From assembly GCA_963755715.1 (NCBI GenBank), contig CAVWLW010000054.1, positions 64,001 through 128,000 of the forward strand: 64,000 nt of DNA, given 5' to 3'. The first letter of the stretch is position 1; each line of letters starts with the position of its first letter. The position numbers and the translations under genes were made by a program. Positions 41,137-50,941 of the stretch are shown here, one piece after another. This DNA comes from an uncultured delta proteobacterium. Its GTDB lineage: Bacteria; Desulfobacterota; Binatia; UBA9968. Under the pieces are notes generated by a model, which worked only from the letters and a program-made list of their open reading frames with translations, ran no database searches and was not told where the DNA came from.

Positions 41137-41835
41137 TTACGCCCCTGGAAGATTTTTGCCAAACAAGATGCGAGCGTAAGTTCTCAAGGCGTGCCCAACG
41201 ACACGCCATCGTAAAGAAGAATTTGAGTGCCGGTAAACGATCGGAACTTCGGTGATGTTAAGCCCCTCGGCGTGGATGTTAGCGAGGGCTTCGAGGTGAA
41301 AATCAAAGGATCGGCTCTGCATATTACTTTCCAGGAGAAACTTGAACGCGTTGCGCGAGTACATGCGATAACCGGACGTAACATCTTTTAAGTGGCGCCA
41401 CTTCCACGGCCGTTTCTTTATGTTCAGGGCGAAATTGACGAGAACATTGCCACCCCAACTGAGTACTTTGCGGTAAAAGGGAACGTTCACCTTTTTTTCA
41501 CGATAACCGATCACCAGGTCAGCATGGGAATGCTCCTGAAAACGGGGCATGGACTCTGGATCATGGCTCATTCCAGCGTCGAGGGTGATGCAAAAGTCAT
41601 AACCTTGTTCCAATGCATAGCGCATTCCGTCAAGGATGGCTCCTGGAATGTGCGTGTTCCGCGCGTGCCGGATATAATGCACCCCAGAAATCCCAGGAAC
41701 GATCTGACCCGTTCGATCGGTGCTGGCGTCGTCGACGACACAGACGTCCGCGTGTCGTTGGCTCAGCCGAACGACCTGTTCAATCGACGCCTCTTCATTA
41801 TAGGCAGGGATTATCGCAATATATCGATGGGCCAT
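41137..41835 (-). CDS. Polyprenol-phosphate glycosyltransferase (DPM1/GtrB-like GT2)
   Basis: IIPAYNEE, VDDASTD.T, LDAGMSHDP, DVTSGYR.Y, EVPI. Confidence 0.85.
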   Translation of the reverse strand: MAHRYIAIIPAYNEEASIEQVVRLSQRHADVCVVDDASTDRTGQIVPGISGVHYIRHARNTHIPGAILDGMRYALEQGYDFCITLDAGMSHDPESMPRFQEHSHADLVIGYREKKVNVPFYRKVLSWGGNVLVNFALNIKKRPWKWRHLKDVTSGYRMYSRNAFKFLLESNMQSRSFDFHLEALANIHAEGLNITEVPIVYRHSNSSLRWRVVGHALRTYARILFGKNLPGA

Positions 41836-41854
41836 AGCCGCCTTCACTCGAACA

Positions 41855-42613
41855 CTATTCAGCAACGTGGTCCTCGGCCCAGGCTAAAACCGTTTGGTAA
41901 GTGCTTTCCGCTTTTTCAATGTCCGACGGGGTGTTGATGTTGATGTAATCGCTACCAATCCTGAACGATTTAACCACATGACCATCGTCAATGGCACACT
42001 GAATCAAATCGGGGAGCTCCTTTTCGCCACGGTTCTGATTGATCGGCGTTAGGTCCAAATATTCAAAAATTCCGGCGCGGAAAAGGCAGTTACCAGTCCC
42101 GCGTATATTGTTGGGGGGATTACGTGGCTTCTCGATCAGTCGGTAAATCCGTTGTTCTTTATCATCCTGGATTATCGCGTAGGTCTTGCGGATCTCGTTG
42201 GTATCGGGCTCATGGACTACGCCACAGCTAACAAAAAGGTTCTCAGAATAGAACTGGTCGATCATCTCTTGATGGCGCGGACTACGTAAGATTTCGTCGG
42301 CCAAGAACAACATGAAATCCGAATCCCCAATCGCGTCCCGAGCACATTCGATGGCATGCACCAATCCTTTCGCGTCGTGCTGAATAACGTATTTGATTCG
42401 TACGTTTTGGAAGCGATTACCAAAGCCGTTGATAATCTCCTCGGCTCGGTAGCCCACCACCATCACGATTGCGGAGACCCCTACACGTACGGCATTTTCC
42501 AAACTATACTGCACTAAAGGCTTACCGAAGAGTTGCAGCATGCATTTATTGTGATTATTGAAACTTCCGCTCAGCCTTTTGCCGCTGCCCCCAGCAAGGA
42601 TCAAAGCCTTCAT
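41855..42613 (-). CDS. Sugar-1-phosphate nucleotidyltransferase (RmlA-like)
   Basis: KALILAGG.GKRL, KP...Y, Q....GL.HA, IEKP, RGE.ELPD. Confidence 0.9.
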   Translation of the reverse strand: MKALILAGGSGKRLSGSFNNHNKCMLQLFGKPLVQYSLENAVRVGVSAIVMVVGYRAEEIINGFGNRFQNVRIKYVIQHDAKGLVHAIECARDAIGDSDFMLFLADEILRSPRHQEMIDQFYSENLFVSCGVVHEPDTNEIRKTYAIIQDDKEQRIYRLIEKPRNPPNNIRGTGNCLFRAGIFEYLDLTPINQNRGEKELPDLIQCAIDDGHVVKSFRIGSDYININTPSDIEKAESTYQTVLAWAEDHVAE

Positions 42614-42652
42614 ACGGTTTCTCCCAAAAGTACGATCACTGCCGTGCAAACA

Positions 42653-43681
42653 TTAAGCGTGAAAAAGCACAAGGTTGTCTCGGATCCATTGGATCAGAAG
42701 AGAGACCCCCTCCTGGGGCGGCACTTCGGCCTGCCATCCTAATCCGTCCTGCGCCTTTTTCGTGTCACAGACAAAATAATTCAAATCGCCCAACCGGGCC
42801 GCGCCGAACTTTACATCAGAGGTGATTCCCGTATTGTGTTCGATCAGCCGAATACATTCAAGCAATGAAATAGCGTGCATCGGACCGCCGCCGATGTTGT
42901 AACTGCCGGCCTCGCCTTGGCGATAGAAGGCAAAGAAGGCCCTAGCAACATCTGTTGCATAAACAATATCGCGAACCTGTTTGCCCGAGCCATAAATCAT
43001 CAACGGTCGGCGCAAGAGATTTCTTATGCTAAAATTTGCGACCCATCCATGGTCTTCCCCACCGAATTGTCGCGGTCCATAAAGCCCGCTGAGCCGAAAA
43101 CTGGCAGCTCTCAGATTATAGGTGTCCGCATAGACTTTAACGTAATTTTCTGCCGACGCTTTGGATGCATGAAGCGGCGTCAAGCGGCCCCGCATTGTGG
43201 GGGCGTTCTCATCCACCGACGGAGGATTTCGGACATACCGTGTATCGGTTTCCCGAAGAGAACTGTTAATCCAATTTCCATAGACATGAATCGTGGCGCA
43301 GCTCACAACCGGGATCGAATGCTTTCTGGCCGCCTCGAGGACATGCACCGTTCCCAAAACGTTAGTCTTTAAATCAACCAACGGCTCCTCGATGCTAATA
43401 GTAACCGCCGGCTGTGCAGCGGTATGAACGATAAAGTCGCACCCTGAGGAACAATCCAGAATCTGCTCCAGGTCACGGATGTCGCCAATCACCCTTTCCA
43501 CGCCCAGCTCGCCGAGCCAATTCCAATTGTAATCCCGCGCGGCGTCCGCACGATAACCCGTCCGGTCCAGTTCGAACTTCGTCATGTTGTCGTAGGCGAT
43601 AACGGCCCAACCTTGCCGGCAAAAAAACTCGCACGCGTGAACGCCAATAAAACCACATCCGCCCGTAACCAGAACTTTCAT
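42653..43681 (-). CDS. NAD-dependent epimerase/dehydratase, CDP-paratose 2-epimerase-like
   Basis: TGGCGFIG, HTAAQPAVT.S, YGPRQFG.EDHGWVA.F, G.GKQVRD. Confidence 0.88.
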   Translation of the reverse strand: MKVLVTGGCGFIGVHACEFFCRQGWAVIAYDNMTKFELDRTGYRADAARDYNWNWLGELGVERVIGDIRDLEQILDCSSGCDFIVHTAAQPAVTISIEEPLVDLKTNVLGTVHVLEAARKHSIPVVSCATIHVYGNWINSSLRETDTRYVRNPPSVDENAPTMRGRLTPLHASKASAENYVKVYADTYNLRAASFRLSGLYGPRQFGGEDHGWVANFSIRNLLRRPLMIYGSGKQVRDIVYATDVARAFFAFYRQGEAGSYNIGGGPMHAISLLECIRLIEHNTGITSDVKFGAARLGDLNYFVCDTKKAQDGLGWQAEVPPQEGVSLLIQWIRDNLVLFHA

Positions 43682-43929
43682 TCTAACCCCTCACAAGCTT
43701 CATTTTCAGCTTCTTTCACTTTCAAAATCGAATCCTTTCTTTTGAAAAACGTAAAATAACGAAAAACCCCTGTGTCGCTTAGCGGGAAACAAACGAGTTC
43801 ATAGGTGTCATGAAATCGCGGCTCAGCCCATAGCTCGTGCTCTGATTTGCGCACCAGTTTCTTCGCCATCCGTTCTTTATCTCGATTATTCGATAATTCG
43901 ATCGGCATGAATGATTCAGAGTCCTTCAT
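43678..43929 (-). CDS. Short hypothetical protein or 3' remnant of a gene cut at the repeat boundary
   Basis: The stop overlaps the next ATG. The frame begins at the edge of repeat copy 2. No recognisable motif. Confidence 0.3.
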   Translation of the reverse strand: MKDSESFMPIELSNNRDKERMAKKLVRKSEHELWAEPRFHDTYELVCFPLSDTGVFRYFTFFKRKDSILKVKEAENEACEGLE

Positions 43930-43947
43930 AAGATTGTTTTGATTAGG

Positions 43948-44408
43948 TGTCAAAGATTCAAACTCTGACAGCACCGCGCTTTTAAGTTAGTGCTCCAAAG
44001 GTTGCAGTTCCCAACGCAAGGTCAGCGTAACTTGCTAGACCACACTTCATCTTGCCAATGCGGAACGAGTCGTTTTCGACCCCATTCACCATGCACAATT
44101 CTCTCAATGATGAGACCGTGCTTAGCATAGAGGTCCCGCAGAAATCTCTCGTCGTATGCGATCGCTGCTTCGGGAAGTTCCGGCATTTTCAACACGACAG
44201 GTCTGTGATTTGAACTCGTCCGCAAATTTCGGATAAGTTAAGCCGGCTGCGATATTCTCCCGCGACACTGCGTCCAATATAAAATAGGTGGCTAAGCATA
44301 TCCCACCGAGCTTCATGACGCGCGCTATTTCTGCAATGTAGTTGTCCATGTCTTCCGAAACCATGTGAGTGAAAACAGAACCGACATAGACGACATCAAA
44401 CTCATTAT
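43948..44408. repeat. Direct repeat copy 2 (~460 bp)
   Basis: Matches 36555..37015 and comprises the methyltransferase 3' half plus about 75 bp downstream. Confidence 0.95.
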
Positions 44409-44817
44409 TCGGAAATGGAAACTCATAGTTCGACGCGTTAAAGGCGCCTTTCGGATTGTACCGTTCACTGTAGAGATCCGCAAAACAGAATCGAAAATTC
44501 GGATAGTTCTGATATCTCTCTTTGCACCAATTGATCACCTCTCTAGTAATGTCAATGCCGTCGTAACCCCCTTTGCTGTTCAGATACGTGGTCAACGGCC
44601 TTGCCAGTTTGCCGCAGCCGCATCCTACGTCCAAGACGCGATGCGACGGCAAAAGTTTTGCGTTCCCTATCAAGCTATGTTGAACTTCGTCTCCCATGGA
44701 GATAAACCGTTCTCTATCAATGCCCCCGTGCTTAATAGTTCGTCCGACGTTAGTCGCCGTGACTACCTCGGAGGTCAGGCAACTCTCCACTGTACACGAG
44801 CCAGCCCGGCTCGCCAT
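44022..44817 (-). CDS. Class I SAM-dependent methyltransferase (1-nt insertion near 44186)
   Basis: VLDVGCGCG.LA, Y.GIDI, FDVV...SVFTHM. The C-terminus is confirmed by the duplicate copy. Confidence 0.88.
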
Positions 44818-44842
44818 TAAGCTTCCTTCGCGCGACGTGAAA

Positions 44843-46091
44843 TCAGGTCACCCCTTGAACATCATTCGTATAGGCACGCGCATAGGTATAAGCTTCCTGT
44901 TCAACCCCCTGAATCATCATGCTACTAATATTGCGCTTCAGCGGATTCAGTACCGCTAGGATCATTTACAATAGCTTCGAGCACGGTTTGGAGGTGGCGC
45001 GAGTCTCCCATGTTGAAGAGAAAGCCATTAAAACCATCTTTAATTTTTTCGGCCATGCCGCCCAAGTTTGTGGCAATAACGGGGATGTTACACGCTAGCG
45101 CCTCGTGTAAAGTCATGGGATAATTTTCGTAGCAGAGTGAAGGGACAACGACAACGTCGACATTACTAAGAACTTCGCCTGTCTGACTTTCCGGAAATAC
45201 GCCGCAGAATTCAATGTTACTGTTTGTCGCTGCCATCGATGTTAAGCTTTTCACATAGGACTCGTCCGGACCAGAGCCATAGATTTTGAGCACAGCGTTA
45301 CTGCGGTTTAATCTCTTGAAAGCCTCTACAAGTACGTGTGTACCCTTATAAGAATTAAAGGAGCCGGCGTAACAAAAGACTATGCGATCACCGTTTGAAT
45401 AGGTCCTCTGATTCCTCTTCAACCTCTCAAAACTAAGACCGTGATGGACGACTTTCACCGCCAGTCCGGGGAACTCCTGCATAAATACGCCTGCCACAAA
45501 CGCCGACGGAGCAATCAGCATCCGTGCGTTGGATAAAATGTTTTTTGCAGCCGCGAGCCGTTGGTGGATGTAGTCGGATTTCAATTCAGGACAGAGTTTG
45601 CCGCAAGCTTCGCCCTGTTCGGGGCCATTACATAGAGGCTGCCGGGATGGGACGAGGTTCACTTTCGGGCAGGCCAAGAAAAAATCGGTGAGGGTTAAGA
45701 TGTAAGGTATACCCAGGGAATTCAACGCCTGGGCTAAAGCACCCACGCGCATAGTATGTCCTATATGAACAATGTCCGCTTGTTCCATACGGATCAGATC
45801 GTCGGCTATCTCAGTTATGGCTGTGTTTCCTATTGCGTGATGAATGTCATCGGGAAGCTGTTTGTGCTTGATGGCCAATACCGGTATCCCGTTATAAAGA
45901 AATTCTTTGCATAGTATTTCCCCACGCCGCTGATCATAAAAAGAGTCCTCGTAGAAACTGTAGGTGATAACTTTTACCCGGTTCCCTGCCTTTTGCATCA
46001 TAGTTGACAGATTCAAGACGAACTTCTCTGTTCCGGTATAAAATTCGGGATAGAATTGGTGGATCAGGTACAGGATCTTCATCTCATACAC
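44843..46091 (-). CDS. Glycosyltransferase family 4 (frameshift near 44958)
   Basis: HQFYPE...GTE, TL.DF...CP, KG.HVL, VPS..YEN.P....EA. The corrected tail ends at 44843. Confidence 0.88.
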
Positions 46092-49000
46092 CGCGGGTCA
46101 ACTCACCATGGATCTGTTCCAGCTTCCGCCTATCCCCGTCGTCGTTCCTTAGCGAGCATTGCGCCAACATCGTCCCACATTGGTAGGCAAACGTTTTATA
46201 CAAAGACAATCTAAACTCTCCTGCGATATGGTCATCCACGAGCTCATAAGCGTTTTCCATATATGCCAAGATCATCTTAGTAAAGTTCCGCACTGCTTCG
46301 CTCAGATATCCATTACCCAGTCGCGCATCGCTGCTGGCCACGGAATAGTCCTTAACTAAACGACCGAGGAAATCCTGGAATTCAATGTCAAAGAGATGGC
46401 CATCAACCGTTTGCGTCGAAACCAGAGGCGGAGCCTCGGCTGCAGCTTGGAACTTCTCCATAATCCGATTCGAAAATTCAGTTGTCTTACACGGGAATTG
46501 GAGATCCCAGGTTTTTTCATCGACCATTGATTTTATAACTTGATGAGTAAGGAGCACATCAGGGATAGCTCGCTCAAGGTTGTTTCCTACCGTCGGGTAA
46601 TCCGAGAAGATTCGTGGTAAAAACACGTTCTCCACATATCCTCTCTTAAGATAATAATAGGCCGGCCTATTGTGAGAATGAATTATTCTCGTTGAACCCA
46701 GAAAGGCAATTTGATATCCATGTTTTATAAGCCGCAGACCAAGATCCAAGTCCTCACCATAATCCGTCCTGTAATTATATTTAGTAAAAACATCCTTCGA
46801 TATGAGGCACGCGAGATCGGATAGTTGGCCGTTTTTTCTGAGCGTCACGTGGTCTTCGCTGCCTGCATACCGCATTATTCTGTCTTCCCTGTCAACCTCC
46901 AGAAATCTGTAGTGATTCCAAGTAATGGCTCTGTAAAACAGATCAGCGCTCTCCCAAGGAAACTCGGCACACGACACTGCTACAACGTCGTTGTGTTTGA
47001 TCACGCTGAAGAGCTCATAAAGCCATAAATCCGATGGAGGAAGGGCGTCTTGCACCGTGAATAGCAGGTATTCCCCCGAAGCATAGCTGGCGCCAAGATT
47101 CCTGGCATATGAATGAGAGAATTCCTCCGGCAGAATCTTTATAATTTTCGCTCCAAATTGTTCTGCGACTTCGACTGTCTTGTCCGTACTACCGGAGTCG
47201 ACGACAATAGTTTCTACCTTTCGGAATCCTTTTTGGTTTGCAATCGTTGCGAGAGCTCGCCGAAAATCTTCACCGCCATTCTTTGTCGGGATCACAACTG
47301 AAACTGTCACTTCTTCTTTGGGGACATCGCCCTCTAGGATTGGTTTAACTATGACCGGGTCGACATTTGACGTGCTAGCGCTCTGAAGCCCATTTCCACT
47401 GGACCTAATGTCCGGTGCCTTTGAAACGTCTACCCCGTCTGTTGCGAGATCTTCTATTATGACCGGCTTCATTACGACCGGCTCGACACTTGACGTCCTA
47501 GCGCTTTCATCCACCCCGTTTTTGCCGGCAGGAAGAGAAGAAGACATTTTCCTAAGGAATTTCCAGAAAGCCTTGGCTATCTCCTTTCTCTTTGTGCCTT
47601 CCGGCAGAAGCTTGTTGCGTAGCTGGTAATATACCGTCAAAGCTTTCCAGCCGTGGGAACCGTAAATACGGCTCAGAATGACTTCGCGTTCTTGAATTAG
47701 CACTTCCAGGCTGGCAATACGGTCGTCCTTTTCGTCCAGCTCCTTTCGCCTCTCATCCAGCTCCTTTCGCCCCGCCTCTACTGCCACGTGAGCCTGAGCC
47801 GCTAGAGCAAAATAAGCCGCTCGCTCCCTCATCAAACACTGCTGGCTTTCTTCTACTAGCCGACCTATTTCTGCGGCGAGTCGTTCTTGTTCCCTCACGT
47901 GGGCTGCTATCTGGCTCTCTTTCTGGGCAGACAATTGACGTATTTCTGCGGCGAGTCGTTCTTGTTCCCTCACGTGGGCTGCTATCTGGCTCTCTTTCTG
48001 GGCAGACAATTGACCTATCTGGCGCTCTTTCTGGTTGAGCAAGGCATCAGACACATCGACTAACGCGCTGCTTCTATCTTCAATGTCGCGCGCCGCGTCC
48101 GAGGCTATAGCGATGAAGTAACGGGGAATCTTTTTGTCATTGCCGGCAAAAACGAACTCTTCCGGATTTTTGTCAACGACGTACTCGACAACTTTGGTAT
48201 CTTCCCCGGCAAAGACCGGCCATATATTGGAGTTACAGTAGATACGCTGACCGAGAAATTTAACGTTCTTAAAATACTTCTCTAACAGTTCTCTGAACTC
48301 ATCGAAATAAAGCTCGTGCACGTGAAACGGGTTATTGAATTGAGGCTCGTCACTGTACACCGTCTTGTTCGGCGTCGAAACAATAAAAACTCCTTCGGGA
48401 GTGAGGAGTCTCTTCACCTCACTTAGAAGCTTTTGATGATCCTCAATGTGCTCTAACGCCTCAAAACAGACAGCGACGTCAAAAAGACTTTCACCGCCAA
48501 TAGGAACTTCTGTGATGGATCCGACTCTAAATTCAAGGTTTTGTTTGATGTATTTATTTCGAGCGTGCTTGATTGTATTGTTGTCGATATCGATCCCCAC
48601 TACGGATTTTGCGGTCTTGGCCAACAGATAACTCCCGTACCCCTCTCCGCAAGCAAGGTCTAATACTCTCTTGTTCTGCACAAATTGCGTCGCATAGGCA
48701 TAACGGTGGACATGTTCATAACCGATCGATGCTTCTTCCAACCAGGGAAGATACCGCTCGCCGGTCGGCTCCAATAACGGAGACGGTCCCTTATCGTTCA
48801 CTGTTACCTCTCCTCCAGCCTTGCGGGATCGAAAAACCACGGCTACGTCCAAATCAGACTCAGGGCTCAGATAGAAGACCTCTGTTTTTAGCCCTATGTC
48901 ATTCAACTTTTCCAGCACATCCATACCAAAATCCGTATACACGAACACATCTTCCCTACCCCAAGGGCTGTGATATGCAGGCTCTAAGAGATCCTCACGC

Positions 49001-49617
49001 ATTCCACCAACAATCCGCGCCCGCTGTCTTGTCTTGCGCTGCCAAGGAACAACTGGGATCGTAAAAATATGGTAACCCCCACCCTTCAAGGTACGGTAGA
49101 TTTCTTGCCAGGCTTTATCCGGGTCAGACACGTGTTCAAGTGTCTCAGAGGTCAGTATAAAATCGAAGTAGTTCTCAGGGTATGTCAAATGTTGTAAGTC
49201 CTCGCATCGGACGCCGTCATGTACTTCGCCCGGCTTGGCATAAGGGAGCCACTCCGAATAGAAAAGATTTGGACGCTCTTTGAGGTACTCGTGCAGGATT
49301 CCACAAGCATTAATTTCTGCAATCCTTAAACGCCGGAACTCCTCATTCCGGAGTAGTTCTACAAACGACCGGGAGGATATACCGCTCATCTGTGCGCAAG
49401 TCTGCATCAAGACCGCGGCGAGACGTCTGATCCTCAGACTCGCGCCGCAGTAAGTACAGAACATGCTTTCTTTGCGGTTAAATGCCTCAACGACGTTGTC
49501 CGATATACCCCATGCCTTCTGAAGTTGGAGAGTGATTATGGTTGGGTCGAAACGAAATGAGGAGCGGCTCCCACAGACAACGCAATAACCATTCTCATGT
49601 TCCGGGTTGTCGTTCAT
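46084..49617 (-). CDS. Multidomain glycan protein: methyltransferase-methyltransferase-coiled coil-GT2
   Basis: MT1 (CxxC..CxxC, FD.I..SE.LEH), MT2 (TGER, H..RY, VLDLACGEGYG, FE.LEH, STPN), coiled coil, SHGWKAL, GT2 (VSVVIP.KN, VDSGSTD, QDA, HSH). Confidence 0.9.
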   Translation of the reverse strand: MNDNPEHENGYCVVCGSRSSFRFDPTIITLQLQKAWGISDNVVEAFNRKESMFCTYCGASLRIRRLAAVLMQTCAQMSGISSRSFVELLRNEEFRRLRIAEINACGILHEYLKERPNLFYSEWLPYAKPGEVHDGVRCEDLQHLTYPENYFDFILTSETLEHVSDPDKAWQEIYRTLKGGGYHIFTIPVVPWQRKTRQRARIVGGMREDLLEPAYHSPWGREDVFVYTDFGMDVLEKLNDIGLKTEVFYLSPESDLDVAVVFRSRKAGGEVTVNDKGPSPLLEPTGERYLPWLEEASIGYEHVHRYAYATQFVQNKRVLDLACGEGYGSYLLAKTAKSVVGIDIDNNTIKHARNKYIKQNLEFRVGSITEVPIGGESLFDVAVCFEALEHIEDHQKLLSEVKRLLTPEGVFIVSTPNKTVYSDEPQFNNPFHVHELYFDEFRELLEKYFKNVKFLGQRIYCNSNIWPVFAGEDTKVVEYVVDKNPEEFVFAGNDKKIPRYFIAIASDAARDIEDRSSALVDVSDALLNQKERQIGQLSAQKESQIAAHVREQERLAAEIRQLSAQKESQIAAHVREQERLAAEIGRLVEESQQCLMRERAAYFALAAQAHVAVEAGRKELDERRKELDEKDDRIASLEVLIQEREVILSRIYGSHGWKALTVYYQLRNKLLPEGTKRKEIAKAFWKFLRKMSSSLPAGKNGVDESARTSSVEPVVMKPVIIEDLATDGVDVSKAPDIRSSGNGLQSASTSNVDPVIVKPILEGDVPKEEVTVSVVIPTKNGGEDFRRALATIANQKGFRKVETIVVDSGSTDKTVEVAEQFGAKIIKILPEEFSHSYARNLGASYASGEYLLFTVQDALPPSDLWLYELFSVIKHNDVVAVSCAEFPWESADLFYRAITWNHYRFLEVDREDRIMRYAGSEDHVTLRKNGQLSDLACLISKDVFTKYNYRTDYGEDLDLGLRLIKHGYQIAFLGSTRIIHSHNRPAYYYLKRGYVENVFLPRIFSDYPTVGNNLERAIPDVLLTHQVIKSMVDEKTWDLQFPCKTTEFSNRIMEKFQAAAEAPPLVSTQTVDGHLFDIEFQDFLGRLVKDYSVASSDARLGNGYLSEAVRNFTKMILAYMENAYELVDDHIAGEFRLSLYKTFAYQCGTMLAQCSLRNDDGDRRKLEQIHGELTRGV
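47866..48014 (-). repeat. 2 x 75-bp tandem repeat encoding a 25-aa coiled-coil unit
   Basis: TATTTCTGCGGCGAG... begins at 47866 and at 47941, encoding QLSAQKESQIAAHVREQERLAAEI twice. Confidence 0.95.
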
Positions 49618-49951
49618 CTTCGTCGCCTTGACGCCAATCGAAGCAACGTCACCGGTACCTCCTCGAAAGTGAAATTCCAGATTTAACCAGAGTGTGACAA
49701 ACAGCTGCAAATAATTTGGCTTTCATTTTTTTATCAATTTTGTTTTGCCTTCGCCACTGCCATCTCGAACAGTTGCCGATTTTCTGCCATTACCGCTATG
49801 GCAGCCTTCCCCAGGTCTGAATTTTGTCAGGGCCGAGTTGCTCCGACCGCTTCCGAGGGCTGTCTGTCGCTAACTCGATTGGTCAAGCTTTTTCACAGAC
49901 ATTATTTTGGCGCCACGCCAAGAAATTCTGATAATGTCGACTTCGACCGAT

Positions 49952-50941
49952 TCACGAGTACCTTGATGAATTTCGTGTCAAAGATTCGATCTCAGAGTTC
50001 ACCATCATTTTGATGAGATGCTCAAAGGTTACACTAGGCTGCCAGTCCAATTTATTCTTCGCTTTGGCAGGATTCCCCTTAAGTTCGTATATCTCCGTTG
50101 GCCGATACAACCTCTCGTCAATCGAGATATACTTTTCCCAATCAAGCTCAACACAACGAAAAGCAGTCTCTATCAGTTCCGTGACTGAATGACTCTCACC
50201 CGTCGCTATAACATAGTCATCCGGCTCCTTCTGTTGCAGCATGAGCCACATCGCCTTCACATAATCACCCGCGTAACCCCAGTCCCTCTTGGCGTCTAAG
50301 TTGCCGAGAACCAATTCTTTCGCGAGACCTAGCTTAATCTTCGCCACGGAATTGGTGATTTTCCTTGATACGAATTCGAAGCCTCTTCTGGGCGATTCGT
50401 GATTAAAACAAATGCCGCTTACAGCATATAAGTCATAAGCCTGCCGATAGTTTGTAGTCAAATGAAAGCCCGCCACCTTTGAAATGCCATAAGCCGACCG
50501 GGGATGAAAGCTGGTATTTTCGTTTTGCGGTGATTCTGTCGCGTTGCCGAACATCTCACTGGATGCAGCGAAATAGAATCTGCAGTTAGGCACTCTTTCC
50601 TTCATCGCAGCGAGCATATAATGAGTGCCGTTGACGTTTGTACCTATTGTTGAAAATTCATCCTCAAACGAGTAACTCACGAAGCTTTGTGCAGCAAGAT
50701 GATAGATCTCATCCGGCTGCACTGTGTTCACCACGTTGAATACGCTCGCGAAACTTTCCAGAGATCCAGCATGGAGGATTAGTTTGTCAAGAATGTGCCT
50801 GATGCGCCATAACCTATGCTCTGGATCTTCAATGGCCACTCGCCGAACAATGCCGTGGACCTCATAGCCTCGCTCCAAAAGAAGCTCGGCAAGATAAGAA
50901 CCATCTTGCCCCGTGATACCCGTTATCAACGCTCTTTTCAT
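49952..50941 (-). CDS. gmd: GDP-mannose 4,6-dehydratase
   Basis: ALITGITGQDGSYLAE, LAAQSFV..SF, SSEMFG, YG.SK, FNHESPRRG..FV.RKI, GNLDAKRDWG. Confidence 0.96.
   Translation of the reverse strand: MKRALITGITGQDGSYLAELLLERGYEVHGIVRRVAIEDPEHRLWRIRHILDKLILHAGSLESFASVFNVVNTVQPDEIYHLAAQSFVSYSFEDEFSTIGTNVNGTHYMLAAMKERVPNCRFYFAASSEMFGNATESPQNENTSFHPRSAYGISKVAGFHLTTNYRQAYDLYAVSGICFNHESPRRGFEFVSRKITNSVAKIKLGLAKELVLGNLDAKRDWGYAGDYVKAMWLMLQQKEPDDYVIATGESHSVTELIETAFRCVELDWEKYISIDERLYRPTEIYELKGNPAKAKNKLDWQPSVTFEHLIKMMVNSEIESLTRNSSRYS

Noticed and set aside
38837-41214. Long ORFs 39202..41214 (+, 670 aa) and 38837..40816 (-, 659 aa)
   Set aside because: Arg/Gly/Ala-rich shadow frames of the GC-rich membrane protein gene, with no motifs.
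36555-44408. Composite transposon or prophage att sites
   Set aside because: The repeats are methyltransferase coding sequence. No transposase, integrase, inverted repeats or target duplication were seen.
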